Part shown: positions 27,411 to 39,199 of the stretch, piece by piece
Layout: every line of letters starts with the position of its first letter
Numbering within the stretch: the first letter of the stretch is position 1
Source of the DNA: Eledone cirrhosa
Taxonomy: Eukaryota
Direction of reading: 5' to 3'
NCBI GenBank assembly: GCA_964016885.1
Contig: OZ024740.1
Coordinates: 310,496,001 to 310,560,000 of the forward strand
Length of the DNA stretch: 64,000 bases
Translations under genes and position numbers: made by a program
Notes under the pieces: model-generated
The model's database searches: none
What the model was told of the DNA's origin: nothing
Seen by the model: only the letters and a program-made list of their open reading frames with translations

Positions 27411-28967
27411 TTTATCTGTAAACTTAGATATGCTATTGTTACAAAGAAAACTAACAATTTTTTTTATTTGTAGTTGCTGTCTGACTGGACTGGAAACCAT
27501 CTACTACAATTCACTTACTCATTTGTTGTATATATTTTACCATTTACTAATAAATATACCCTCCCGCGTGGTCATGAAAACCCTCTTCCGTGGTCTCTAA
27601 GCTCACAAAGTAGAGTGGACATCAAGTTAGATATCAACATTTATTCTGTCCATTTCATTAAAGGGAAAATTGTAAAGCTTTGAAATGATATAATTGCCAC
27701 TTTCTTCCAGATAAGAGCACTCTTTGGATAGAGTTGCTCTTGTATAAAGGTTCAAAATAGCTCGTATCGCCTGGTGGGAATATAACAAATTCAACTGGTC
27801 CTTATTCATAAAAAAGAACATTTATGTTCCTTTTTTTGAAATTTATATATTTCCTTTCAAGGAATGTATTTATACTCTCAGCTGCCTGCAATGGTATCTT
27901 TGGAATATTGTTAATCAATTTTTTAGTAATCTACAGATATCAAAATCAGTAGTATATTGAAAAATGGAAAAATAGGGTAGGGGGCGTTTGGCCTAAATGA
28001 GTTGAGAACCTGTGATCTAGACTATATTTTAACCTGTAATTCATGTTTCATTTCTGTTGCACATCATTTACCCCCCCCCCCTTCTCTCTGTAATATTTGC
28101 ATCTACTATGATTTGGGCATATTTATTCATATATATATATATATGTTTTTGCATGTCAGACTCAAACTTACAATGATTGGCATTATATATATATATATAT
28201 ATTATTTGTTTGATGAAATAATCAAATTAAATTAATTCAATAGTTAAGCACACATAGGAGTAAAAGGGTTGTTACCAAAGAGCAAGAGGTTTGACAAGTC
28301 GACCCTAAATATGACTAATAGCTCTAGGAAAGCCATGAACGACACCAATTTTTAACTTTGATTTTGAAAGTAGGTTTATAATTATTAGTTTTCATTATAC
28401 TATTGTAGCTGTCTCGGTGGCCTAACTGGAGGAATCATAGACGCTAGTTATCCTGGTCTGAAATTCGTTCATGGGCAGGGTATGGTTCCCGGTAAATCTT
28501 TTTAGTTTTTTTTCTATGGAATATAAAATAAAAACTGAAAAAGATTACATGTACTTCTTGACCAGGATTAAGCCCAAGGCCAGAATCTCCACCGTCTCTA
28601 GTACCTACCGCTAGTCCACACAAACAACTAAGAAAATCTTATGAAAATTCATACTTATAAACCTACTTTCAAAATGTTCAAAACAAAATCATGTCTTCCT
28701 TAATGTTATTGCTCCTACTTAAGCTCGACTTCTAAATCATTTGGGTGTTCCCTAAACTACATCCTCGTTTTGTTTCTCATCTATCTAGGCTGTATTTTAA
28801 CCTGTAATTCATGTTTCATTTCTGTTGCACCCCATTTCTCCCGCTCTCTCTCTCTTTCTCTCTATGATATTTGAATCTACTATGATTTGGGCTCACGTTA
28901 TTCATATATATACAATATATATGTTTTTGCATGTCAGTTAGATTCAAAGTTACACTGATTGGCATTA

Positions 28968-29014
<47 letters not shown>

Positions 29015-29020
29015 ATAATA

Positions 29021-29180
29021 ATAATGAATTTGAAGACTAAAATCCAAAGAGGGCTCGATAAGGATAAATATATCAAATATATTCACTTCTGCGTTCACAG
29101 ATTGACTTTGTTAGTTTCAGAAGATCCTGTTAAGGGTGAAAGCAGCGATTCTTTGCTTAAACTTTAATCTGTTATTTTAA
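29021..29180 (+). mobile_element. TA-flanked 160-bp island with decayed HHR core
   Basis: CAGAAGA TCCTGTTAAGGGT GAAAG at 29118-29142, similar in layout to the 42366 HHR. Confidence 0.4.
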
Positions 29181-29192
29181 TATATGTATATA

Positions 29193-29233
<41 letters not shown>

Positions 29234-29448
29234 GTAATGCCAATCATATATATATATATATACAGTAGCGGACTGCGTCTAAAAATATTGGTTGCCAGGA
29301 GAAGAAGGGGGACCACCTACAAATAGAATGCTATCATTTAATTTCTATAATGAGTAAATAACATTTTCAAAAAACAAATAAGTGGAAACAAAACAGTGCA
29401 ATGAAACTTTTGCGGAAAATTATTATGTATTTTGCGAAATCCAGAGAG

Positions 29449-29585
29449 TACTTTATTTTATCGACCCCGTAAGGATGAAAGGCAAAGTTAACCTCGGCGG
29501 GATTTGAACTCAGATCATAAAGGGTCGTAAGTCTTTGATGCAAAGCATGGCGTCCGACTCTCTACCTATACTGCCAATCCACCAC
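29449..29585 (-). mobile_element. SINE, 3' part missing
   Basis: Reverse complement of the SINE head and core. Confidence 0.85.
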
Positions 29586-29932
29586 CAGAGAGTTTCAATA
29601 ATGACCTTTGGTCTTTCAATTTACACTATATATATATATATATATATATTATAAATCATGTCCTTAGAATTATTAGATAAAATATATACCATTTCCTCTC
29701 CCAATTAGCATAATTAACCATATAAAAAATCAATTAGACCAGGCTATAAGAGTAAAGGCTCCTATGAAGAAATATTTGATAAATAACCGAAAGCGGCCTC
29801 TTCGCGGTGAGTACAATAGAGTATTTACCCAACATTTCAACAGCTTGTAGAAACTGGCTAAATATACCGTCAACCATACACAATTAGGTGTAAATTTAAA
29901 CATAGAAGAAACGTGTACATACCGTAATTACA

Positions 29933-30010
29933 TCTCTACCATGGATTCGTTCGTATTTTGAGATATCCTATTATTAAGGACGAATCTAGAGTAACGAACT
30001 CATCAGGAGA
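29933..30010 (-). ncRNA. Hammerhead ribozyme copy (GAAA changed to GAAT)
   Basis: Reverse complement of the 30355 HHR with a core substitution. Confidence 0.75.
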
Positions 30011-30354
30011 CAGACTCAATCGGACAGTTAATTTTCCAAAGCGATCGCGCCAGAAATAGATTTAAAAAATGGCTAAGAATCGTGACGTGGCAGTGGTCAA
30101 GTTAGAAAGAATGAGATTAATTGCTTACGGCGAGTGGCTGGTTGCTAGAAAGCGCAGCCCAATATCGCCCAATTGCATCTCAACCCCACGGGAGATTATT
30201 AAATATAAAGATTTACATATACATAAAGTCACAGATATATATGTGGCAACCGGTCACGATGTGGCTCAATGAAGAATTAATAAATTAAATAATCAGAGCA
30301 ATATATCATAAATCATGTCCTTAGATTGGAAAATTAACTGTCCGATTGACTCTG

Positions 30355-30432
30355 TCTCCTGATGAGTTCGTTACACTAGATTCGTCCATTATAATACGAT
30401 ATCTCAAAATACGAACGAAACCATGGTAGAGA
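30355..30432 (+). ncRNA. Type I hammerhead ribozyme, intact core
   Basis: TCTC-CTGATGA-GTTCGT(39-nt loop)ACGAAC-GAAAC CATG GTA-GAGA. Confidence 0.92.
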
Positions 30433-30999
30433 TGTAATTACGGTATGTACACGTTTCTTCTAAGTTTAAATTTACACCTAATTGTGTATGGTTGACGGTA
30501 TATTTAGTCAGTTTCTAATTGCTGTTGAAATGTTGGGTAAATACTCTATTGTGGTCACCGCGAAGAGGCCGCTTTCGGTTATTTATCAAATATTTCTTCA
30601 TAGGAGACTTTATTCTTATAGCCTGGTCTAATTGATTTTTTATATGGTTAATTATGCTAATTGGGAGAGGAAATGGTATATATTTTATCTAATAATTCTA
30701 AGGACATGATTTATGATATATTGCTCTGATTATTTAATTTATTAATTCTTCATTGAGCTACATCGTGACCGTTTGCCCCATATATATGTGTGACTTTATG
30801 TATATGTAAATCTTTATATTTAATAATCTCCCGTTGGGTTTAGATGCAATTGTGCGATATTGGGCTGCGCTTTCTAGCAACCAGCCTACTCGCCGTAGGC
30901 AACTAATCATATTCTTTCTAACTTGACCACTGCCACGTCACGATTCTTAGCCATTTCTGGCGCGATCGCTTTGGAAAATTAACTGTCCGATTGAGTCTG

Positions 31000-31077
31000 T
31001 CTCCTGATGAATTCGTTACTCTAGATTCGTCCATTATAATAGGATATCTCAAAATACGAACGAAACCATGGTAGAGA
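31000..31077 (+). ncRNA. Hammerhead ribozyme copy (G10.1 changed to A)
   Basis: Same fold, 645 nt downstream. Confidence 0.82.
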
Positions 31078-31241
31078 TGTAATTACGGTATGTACACGTT
31101 TCTTCTAAGTTTAAATTTACACCTAATTGTGTAAGGACATGATTTATGATATATTGCTCTGATTATTTAATTCTTCATTGAGCCACATCGTGACCGGTTG
31201 CCACATATATATCTGTAACTTTATGTATATGTAAATCTTTA

Positions 31242-31286
<45 letters not shown>

Positions 31287-31315
31287 GTGGTTACACAACA
31301 GTTAGTTCACCATAC

Positions 31316-31353
31316 CGTGAACAATTATTTCACCTTAGCGGATCCTCAGCTCG
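31316..31353 (-). ncRNA. Minimal HHR in the PLE 3' end
   Basis: CGAG-CTGAGGA-TCC GCTAA GGT-GAAAT AATT GTT-CACG; the more intact version is at 42366-42403. Confidence 0.75.
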
Positions 31354-31519
31354 TAATGGGCATGGTTATACGGAACAGGAAGGACAACCGTACGAACGCG
31401 CATGCGCAGACACCGTTCCCTTCACACAGGCGATACTGAAATGCGTTCGAGATGTGTAAGGGAGATAACTGCGAAAGTCCGAAAAGTTTTTAGTTGATAA
31501 GAAAATATATTGATGTTGT

Positions 31520-33631
31520 TACAATAATTCATTCAATCCGGAGCTTTGTAGTTATACAATAGGTGTTTAGACAACGTGTAAACAATTCATTTCTCGTGTT
31601 TAAGCAATCACTATTGCATAATCTCTTTAGAATATTTATTCATATGGTCAATACACGGTCTACACGACGGATTTCCCCTTGCGTATGGCTTGGACGTAGT
31701 TATGGCTTTCCATTGATTTGAGTAGTTTACACTTGAGTCTTTCAGGGACATACGTGGCTCGCGAATTTTGTGGATGAACGTCTGTCCGGGTACCTAAAGG
31801 TCGACTGATGGTTCAGGAAACGTTCCTTAAATCGGCCCCCCGCCATCCCCACATAGGATTTGGCCTCCTGTGGTTGGTTTGGTCGGTTGGAAGTGACGAC
31901 AGCTTCATAAATTACAGCTGGTGTGTTGCATTGGTGTTGAAGGGGGCAAGCTTCGGGCTTACGGCAAGAGCACCCTGGTGGGGTGTTGCTCATATGGCTG
32001 CTGGTGATGTGGGCCTTCATGTTCCTAGTGCAGGAATATCCTAGTTTAACTTTGTGTCGGTTAAAGATGGAGCGGTATTTATGACCTATGGGAAACTGTC
32101 TATCTAAGAGGGCTAGAAATCTTTTGACAACATTGGTTTTAACGTTGTGTGAGAAGGCAGGAGAGAACCAGATAGTTTGTCTATTGTTGCGCTTTCTTTT
32201 CTTATTGCTGTTGTTGATAGTGGGAGAGTAAGTGATAGGTTGTGAGAAGCCACTGTTAGCCAACGCCGTGTTATAGTAGGGTGTCGCCCTGTCAAACATG
32301 GCCTTATTAGAGGAGAGGTTTGAGATTCTAGTACTGATATTATTTACGAAGTTTCTAAAAACAGTGGGAGGGTGGCATGAGTCCCTGTGAATGTAATTGA
32401 GTTTTTCGTTTAGCTTATGGAAGGGCCTGTGGGTGTGTGTGCGAAGGTCTAAGTTAATGTCTAAGAAATCTATGCTAGAGAGGTTGGTAGCTACTGTTAT
32501 CCTAAGTCCTAACTCATTGAAGGTAGAAGCTAAGTCTTTTTTAAACCGGTCGAGGTTGTGACCACTTTTATGGCTCGAGAAGATCAGTCCATCGTCGCGG
32601 TATATTCCCGTGTGGAAGTCCGGGAATCTAACACGTAATATGTCTAAAATAAATAGGCCAACCAAGTCACATACGTCAGCACTGTCAAACGATCCCATGG
32701 AGACGTCGAATAGGTCTGAAGTTGTAGACTTCTTTGCCCAGGCTACTCCGTCGTTGAAGAGGAGGGTTTTCCGGTAGTGAGCGATGGTTTCCCTATCTAA
32801 ACCATCGACGGTGGTGAAAGTGGTAGCGAAGTCCAACGCTTTGTTTAACAGGGTCTCTGAGATCGACTGATAAAAATCGACAATGTCAAACTGTGTGAAC
32901 TTCGTTTTTTTTTATTTTAAGGAGTTAAACCACTTAATTACGGAGTCGCTGTTCTCCCACTGGGGCAGGTTGAACTTGGTCCTAATGGTCTTAACTATGT
33001 TTCTAAGTATGGCCTTACTGACTAGTCCCATATCTGTGCGTGCCGGGTTTATTAGTCTACATGTGGGGTTAGAAGTAAAGTCTACCTTGTGATCTTTCAG
33101 GGTGAGGAACGCCTCCCGCTTAGCTAGAGATTGTAGCTTCTTATCTACCTTAAGGGCGGCGACAAGTTCTTTGGCTTCTGTATTAATGTGGTGGTAGGCC
33201 ATAGGGTTAGCTTTCTTATATTTGGAAGTAATGCGGTTATGGGCCAGGTGGCGGAAAGTGGTGTTGTCGACTTCGTAAATATTATTAGTTTTGTCGGAAA
33301 GAACGAAGGTGTTATTAGAAGACATACATTTCTTAATATCATTTCTGAGTTTAGTTTGAAAGGTGTTAGTGTGTTTGCGAAAGGAAATGTTAGCGACTAA
33401 GTCATGAAGGTCCGTCTCGAAAGGAGCAAGTTCTGTTACCTTAGGAGGGTAGGCTCTCGATTTCAGGTTGAAGGTGTTATTGGTGCCTGTAATTTTGCCG
33501 TCAAAAGCTAGGGCTCGCCATCTTAAGGGCCTGACGACATATTCCGCTTTTTGTAGGAGAAGCTTTTGGTAAACATGGTTGGAGGGAGTTGGAATGTTCT
33601 TCAGGGTGTAATCCAGTTCGTATAAATCCAT
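31520..33631 (-). pseudogene. PLE reverse transcriptase/GIY-YIG endonuclease
   Basis: TLKDHK...CRLINPA, QFDIVDFYQSISE, MGSFDSADVCDLVG, GIYRDDGL, DFLDINLDL, CSCR...CPL...VIYEA...YVG...FKERF; frameshifts at about 32905 and 31750. Confidence 0.92.
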
Positions 33632-33758
33632 ACTGACGTTGATGAGACACAAAATTGTGTAGGACACGAGGATATAGAAAGCGCTCTCAGGGTAGTAAGC
33701 CAAACACTCATGGACTGAGTGCTCTACCACTACGAGTTTTACCTTCCAGAGTTCTACC

Positions 33759-33820
<62 letters not shown>

Positions 33821-33874
33821 TATTTATATGTATATAGATGTATATATGTAAATATGTATATATATATGTATATC

Positions 33875-33937
<63 letters not shown>

Positions 33938-33938
33938 C

Positions 33939-33988
<50 letters not shown>

Positions 33989-34122
33989 AGTGCGTATATA
34001 TGTGTGCATTTACATGTGTATATATATATATACGTGTGCGTTGGTGTATATATATATACGTATATGTATAAATATGTATGTGTGTCTGTGTATATATATG
34101 TGTGCGTGTGTGTATGTATGTG

Positions 34123-34169
<47 letters not shown>

Positions 34170-34253
34170 TTAAGGATACTATTTATCGTTATGTATACAG
34201 TAAAACCTTTTATAGTTATATATATTTTAAACCCTAAACAGTGAAAGACAGTA

Positions 34254-34297
<44 letters not shown>

Positions 34298-34300
<3 letters not shown>

Positions 34301-34648
34301 CGTTGAACTAAAACCTGTTGAGAAAGTGGCTTCCTTGTTCAATCATCTTACCAGAAGCCTGACATTATTTATGTAAGCGGATGGTACTTGATTTAGGAGC
34401 CGCAGAAACCCAAATACTGGATTTTACCAACCTTCCAGGGGTGCGGGTAAATTTTTCAATACCCGAATTACTTGATCGGTTTTTTTTTTGGCTATGCGAA
34501 TGATTGTTTAACCATCGTCTCAGTGTGTTTGGCCTTTAACGTTTGTTATAGCTCTGGTTCATCTGAATCATTGAGCACTTGCCAAACATCTCGGAGATTG
34601 TTTTTCGTTATTTCGTGGGCCGAAATGCGAATCTCCATAATTTATGTT

Positions 34649-34655
<7 letters not shown>
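34298..34655 (+). mobile_element. TA-flanked PLE pLTR-like remnant
   Basis: 3' part homologous to 10470-10595; TTGAGAA...GTGGCTTCCT/AGGAGCCGC...GAAAC is HHR-like. Confidence 0.5.
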
Positions 34656-34740
<85 letters not shown>

Positions 34741-35225
34741 CTTGTTTGTGTGTGTCTATATATGTATGTTTGCATGCATATATACACTAAGCTTTAGATT
34801 TAGTAGAATGTACAACCACTGATACCAGCTATTTGCACTATCATATATTTTGGTTTCTATTCGTTCCCCGGGGAATTGGTTGACCAAATGCTTTGCTTAA
34901 TTGTTTTATTTATTTATTTTTTTTATTTTATTCTTTCTCTTAGACTTCAGGTATTTTTGGAAAGGTAAGCATTGACCCTTAAAATATTTCAGTGGGCCCT
35001 GCAATGCTACTGTGAGCTCCCGCAATGCTACCGTGGGCCCCATGGTGCCCCCTTGCCATTGCGCAACCTGGCAACCTGGCCAGTCCGCCACTGTACGTAC
35101 ATACCCACCATGAACCGCTCATATGCACTAAGACATATTTAAGATCTACATCGCAAAATAGAATTCAGATGTTTAGTGAAATACATATTTTAGCGAAGAA
35201 GAATAGTTTAACGAAGTATAATTAA

Positions 35226-35335
35226 ATAATTGTTTCTACTTTAGGCACAAGGCCAGCAATAACCCAGTGCATTACTGGTACTTTATTTTATGGACCCCGT
35301 AAGGATGAAAGGCAAAGTCAACCTCGGCGGGATTT
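35226..35335 (-). mobile_element. SINE 3' part
   Basis: Reverse complement of the SINE core and tail. Confidence 0.85.
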
Positions 35336-37169
35336 ATAATACAATTTGTTTTGTAATTAAATAATACAATTTGTTTTGTAATCCACTAACCCTATTTCTC
35401 TTCTCTATCAACGTTTTATAGTTTGTGTAAATATATTCCTCCGAGAATATTACCAGGTACAAGTCGGTAGACAAATGGAAGTTGAGGAGGGTGATGCACA
35501 ATCTTTGCTAAATAAAATTGTGACGTTTGAATTAATGTGCAAACATGCTCGGAAGTATTGCAGCAGTGTGCTTTGTCTCAAATAGATTCGTATTTTTCTC
35601 ACTCGTAGTTTATGCAATTACAGCATGACATAGCTAGTGCCGCTGAAACGTCAGCAACGACTCGCAATTCAGCAATATAGTCCTGATATATTGGGATTTG
35701 CCGTTGATTTTAAGTTTTATTGCACTTATAAAAACAACATTATATCAATTGTCACACATTACCACCCATATACTATTCCAATCATGTGCTAGAAATACCT
35801 ACGTAGGGACGAGAATTGAATATACAATAATAGTTTGAATGAAATAAGTTTGCCGAAATAAATGTATACCAGAACTTTACAAGAGCGACTGCTAAATCTG
35901 TCTTCTACAAAACATTATCACACAATGGATGAGAAATGTGACAGACCTATAGAGGAAAACCAATCCAAAGATGTTAGAACTGACAAGAACCTGACAGTAA
36001 ATTGAAAATACTACGGAAACAATGGTGTCGCAGTCTCAATATTAGATAACTGTCTTTTTGGACATGGGGACATTATATCACGACACTGTTTAAATGTTAT
36101 ATTTATGCAACGCAGAAGCAAGTTTTATTTATAAAAAGGGTATTTAACATAGTATTTAGTGCATCGAAATGCAAATGAAAATGTTAAATCAGATTTCAGT
36201 GAAAGATAGCACGCACATGAGACCAACTACACCAAAAAGGTCATTACGTCAATACCTTCCATGAAGCTTTTTCAAAAATGAGATATAGAATGTTATTTTC
36301 TTAGCATGAATTGGCATCAGGCAATCTTTTGAACTGGATTTTCGGGCAAAGAAATAACCAGTTAATTCGCGCTTTATAAAGGTGAACTGTCTGTAAGAGC
36401 ATAGAAAATATGTAAGACTTTTCTAAAATTCAACATGTAGCTATTCACCGATTTAATTAACTACATTGCAGTGATGGATCTTGGTTTTTATCTTAAAAAT
36501 CAAATACTTCTGCATGATAAATATTTAATTACATAATAAATTTACAAAGATACAAAATGTTCAATATGGGATTACTTTTAGGTTCGATTAGTAGGCTCAC
36601 TCTGTTACAGAAATACGAACCACGTCACCGCTTTCTGAATGCTTTCTCTCTCTCCAAAGTATCGAATGGCCAGAAAACTGCTATGAATACTGCTGTTCCT
36701 CTTGTCTAAGCGATAGGAAAGTTGTAAGCACATCTTTAACAGCAATAAATATGCTGCGTCGTATTTTGCAATATACATCATAGATATTGCTGATTTTATT
36801 GTCTGAAGATATAGATATACATATGTAGATAAGTTTAAATAGCCGTTGTCATACGACTGACTACATTGCAGTAACAAAGACTTAGACACACTGTCACATC
36901 TATATATACACATACACACGCACACTCATGTATTTATATGTACCTATAGAAAGAGAGACGTGCGGAGAGAGAAGTGGGGGGGGGGATAAATAGATAGGCA
37001 CATACACAGATCGGGAGTGAACAGCTGAGACTAATAAAACGAGTGTTCATCTTTATAGTCGATACTTAAAAATGTTGCATATATATATATATATATATAT
37101 TAATATATATTTGCATTGCTTTATTGTGCTACAATAAAACTCACCTCTACACATATTAATATATATATA

Positions 37170-37231
<62 letters not shown>

Positions 37232-37235
<4 letters not shown>

Positions 37236-37422
37236 AACGAGTAGGCCCCCGACGGCTGAGCTCAACCCGTTTCGACGGCTAATTCTGGACGGAATTAGCC
37301 GTCGAAACGGCTTGAGCTCAGCCGTCGGGGTCCTACTCGTTCATATTACCCACTCTACTATCCTAAGTATTGAGTACTTTGGTGCGTTATGGTCCACCTG
37401 GTTCCTTACCATATTTCATTCG

Positions 37423-37425
<3 letters not shown>
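37232..37425. mobile_element. Fold-back mini-element of PLE family B
   Basis: About 54-bp inverted arms plus 80-nt tail; homologous to 10205-10345; (TA)n on both sides. Confidence 0.88.
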
Positions 37426-37504
<79 letters not shown>

Positions 37505-37808
37505 ATAGATTAACGGAGGCATAGGCCCTCGCTATTCCCTGTAAATAATGTGCTCAAAAGAGAAGAAATCCTGAGCTCTTTAAAATTCAATATGTTGAAA
37601 AGGTAACACACCAGAGAGAGATATACAGTGCGCTATCAATAAAACAGGGAGAAAAACCACCAGTGTATGGAAACTATAACCTATGAAAGGCACACTATAG
37701 ACACGATAATTAAAAATATAAATTAAAGCGTAAATAAATACCTCTCCCACGTATAGCTGGACAGTCACTTTTAAAATTCTCTAAGTGTTGTCTGGAATGT
37801 ATAGCCTT

Positions 37809-37902
37809 ACACTGGCTGATGAACCGAGGCTAACCCATTTCTTTCAATAAATTACTGGTGAAACAGATCTTTGGATGAGTATCTTTGGATTTGTACGTGT
37901 GT
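37809..37902 (+). ncRNA. Type I HHR with extended stem III
   Basis: CTGATGA-ACC...GGT-GAAAC; stem III ACAGATC/GATTTGT; GUA site; stem I weakened in this copy. Confidence 0.7.
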
Positions 37903-38363
37903 TATATAGTTATAGAGGTATTTATTTACGCTTTAATTTATATTTTTAATTATCGTGTCTATAGGCTGCCTTTCATAGGTTATAGATTCCATACACTGGT
38001 GGTTTTTTTCCCTGTTTTATTGATAGCGGACTGTATATCTCTCTCTGGTGTGTTACCTTTTCAACATATTGTATTTTAAAGAGCTCAGGATTTCTTCTCC
38101 TTTGAGCACATTATTTACAGGGAATAGCGAGGGCCTATGCTTCCGTTAATTTATCGCGATATTTCGCTCATAATAACAGTCTTTCCTATCTCTGTTTGGT
38201 TGAGCACACTTCTCTGAGTGGCTTTGGGCTTCCCTTTCTAGCAGTTCGTCCCTCAGAGGCCACAGGTTCACTGCCCTTAAACACGCTGTGACTTCTCTCT
38301 CCCACGTGTAGCTGGAGAGTCACTTTTAAAATTCTCTTAGTGTTGTCTGAAATGTATAGCCAT

Positions 38364-38457
38364 ACACACGCTGATGAACCGAGGCTAACCTATTTCTTTC
38401 AACAAATTACTGGTCAAACCTATCTTTGGATTAGTATCTTTGGATTTGTACGTGTGT
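38364..38457 (+). ncRNA. HHR copy (perfect stem I, GAAA changed to CAAA)
   Basis: ACACACG-CTGATGA...GTA-CGTGTGT. Confidence 0.65.
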
Positions 38458-38635
38458 CATATAGTTATAGAGGTATTTATTTACGCTTTAATTTATATTT
38501 TTAATTATCGTGTCTATAGTCTGCCTTTCATAGGTTATAGATTCCATACACTGGTGGGTTTTTTCCCTGTTTTATTGATAGCGCACTGTATATCTCTCTC
38601 TGGTGTGTTACCTTTTCAACATATTATATAAATAT

Positions 38636-38760
38636 ATAACAAAGATAATGCACCAGAGTACTCGATACTCAGAGTAGTAGAATAGGTAATAGGAAAAGAC
38701 TCAGGATCCGACGACTGAGCTGCGAACTTTTGACAGCTAGATCGGATCTAGCTGTCTTAT
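38636..38760 (-). mobile_element. Diverged family-B pLTR remnant
   Basis: Similar to 55300-55400; contains the hairpin GACAGCTAGATCGGATCTAGCTGTC. Confidence 0.55.
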
Positions 38761-38764
38761 TCCT

Positions 38765-38990
38765 GAGAGAGTCATGGGGTCTGAGTTCTCAAACCCTGCT
38801 TCCAGCGTGCCATGTCAGAAATAATCGTCTTCATGCTCAAGCGTAACCAGACAAGCTTATGGAAGATATCCAACCATTTTGCTCGGAATCTACCCCTGGG
38901 TCTCCTGCCGGTTGGGTTTGCCAGTAAAATATTTCCTGAGACATTCTAACCATATGCCTATAGCATCAGAGCTGTGATCGCTCAATTGGG
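38765..38990 (-). mobile_element. RTE LINE 3' fragment
   Basis: Minus strand LANPTGRRPRGRFRAKWLD...DMARWK. Confidence 0.65.
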
Positions 38991-39149
38991 AGAAGTAGCG
39001 GCTCTACCGGGAGTGACTCTCTGATGTCCGAGCTTTAATATATTCCTCACTTCCTATGTATCTCTCTCATAAACAAGGTAGGGTTCGCATGACATTTCCT
39101 TCCATAACTTGAGGGGAAACAACACACACACACACACATATATATATAA

Positions 39150-39199
<50 letters not shown>

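Larger units (their letters stand above)
25469..28014 (+). mobile_element. hAT Charlie/SPIN-type DNA transposon
   Basis: TIRs CAAAGGTTCTCAAC / GTTGAGAACCTGTG; perfect 8-bp TSD ATCTAGAC (25461-68, 28015-22); empty paralogous site at about 28781. Confidence 0.93.
25070..28985 (+). repeat. About 580-bp direct repeat pair, first copy split by the hAT
   Basis: 25070-25468 plus 28015-28190 aligns with 28405-28985. Confidence 0.85.
29651..31247. mobile_element. Retrozyme-like non-coding array, family C (about 650-nt unit; one inverted and about 1.4 direct units)
   Basis: Minus arm 29651-30324 (657-nt period); plus arm 30326-31247 (645-nt period, second unit internally deleted); three HHRs; TA-flanked; no credible ORF. 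Confidence 0.88.
31283..33762 (-). mobile_element. Near full-length Penelope-like element (Naiad-like, inferred), family D, in (TA)n
   Basis: RT plus GIY-YIG ORF, 3' HHR at 31316-31353, TA runs on both sides. Confidence 0.93.
24993..35093. mobile_element. Putative non-autonomous hAT-like element(s) with CAGTGGCGGACTG termini, hosting nested insertions
   Basis: Left termini at 24993 (CAGTGGCGGACTGG) and 29263 (CAGTAGCGGACTG); right terminus CCAGTCCGCCACTG ends at 35093; TSD not resolved. Confidence 0.5.
37500..38627. mobile_element. Retrozyme-like non-coding array, family E (555-nt period plus inverted arm)
   Basis: Minus arm 37500-37745; plus units start at 37746 and 38301; one HHR per unit. 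Confidence 0.85.

Noticed and set aside
31742-31744. In-frame TGA as selenocysteine (some Naiad PLEs encode selenoproteins)
   Set aside because: Homology continues in another frame (SLKDSSVNYSNQWK), so it is a frameshift; no convincing SECIS seen.
35400-36720. Minus-strand exon or ORF-like pieces (DYIAELRVV..., TRGTAVFIAVFWPF...)
   Set aside because: Interrupted by stops; no family recognised.
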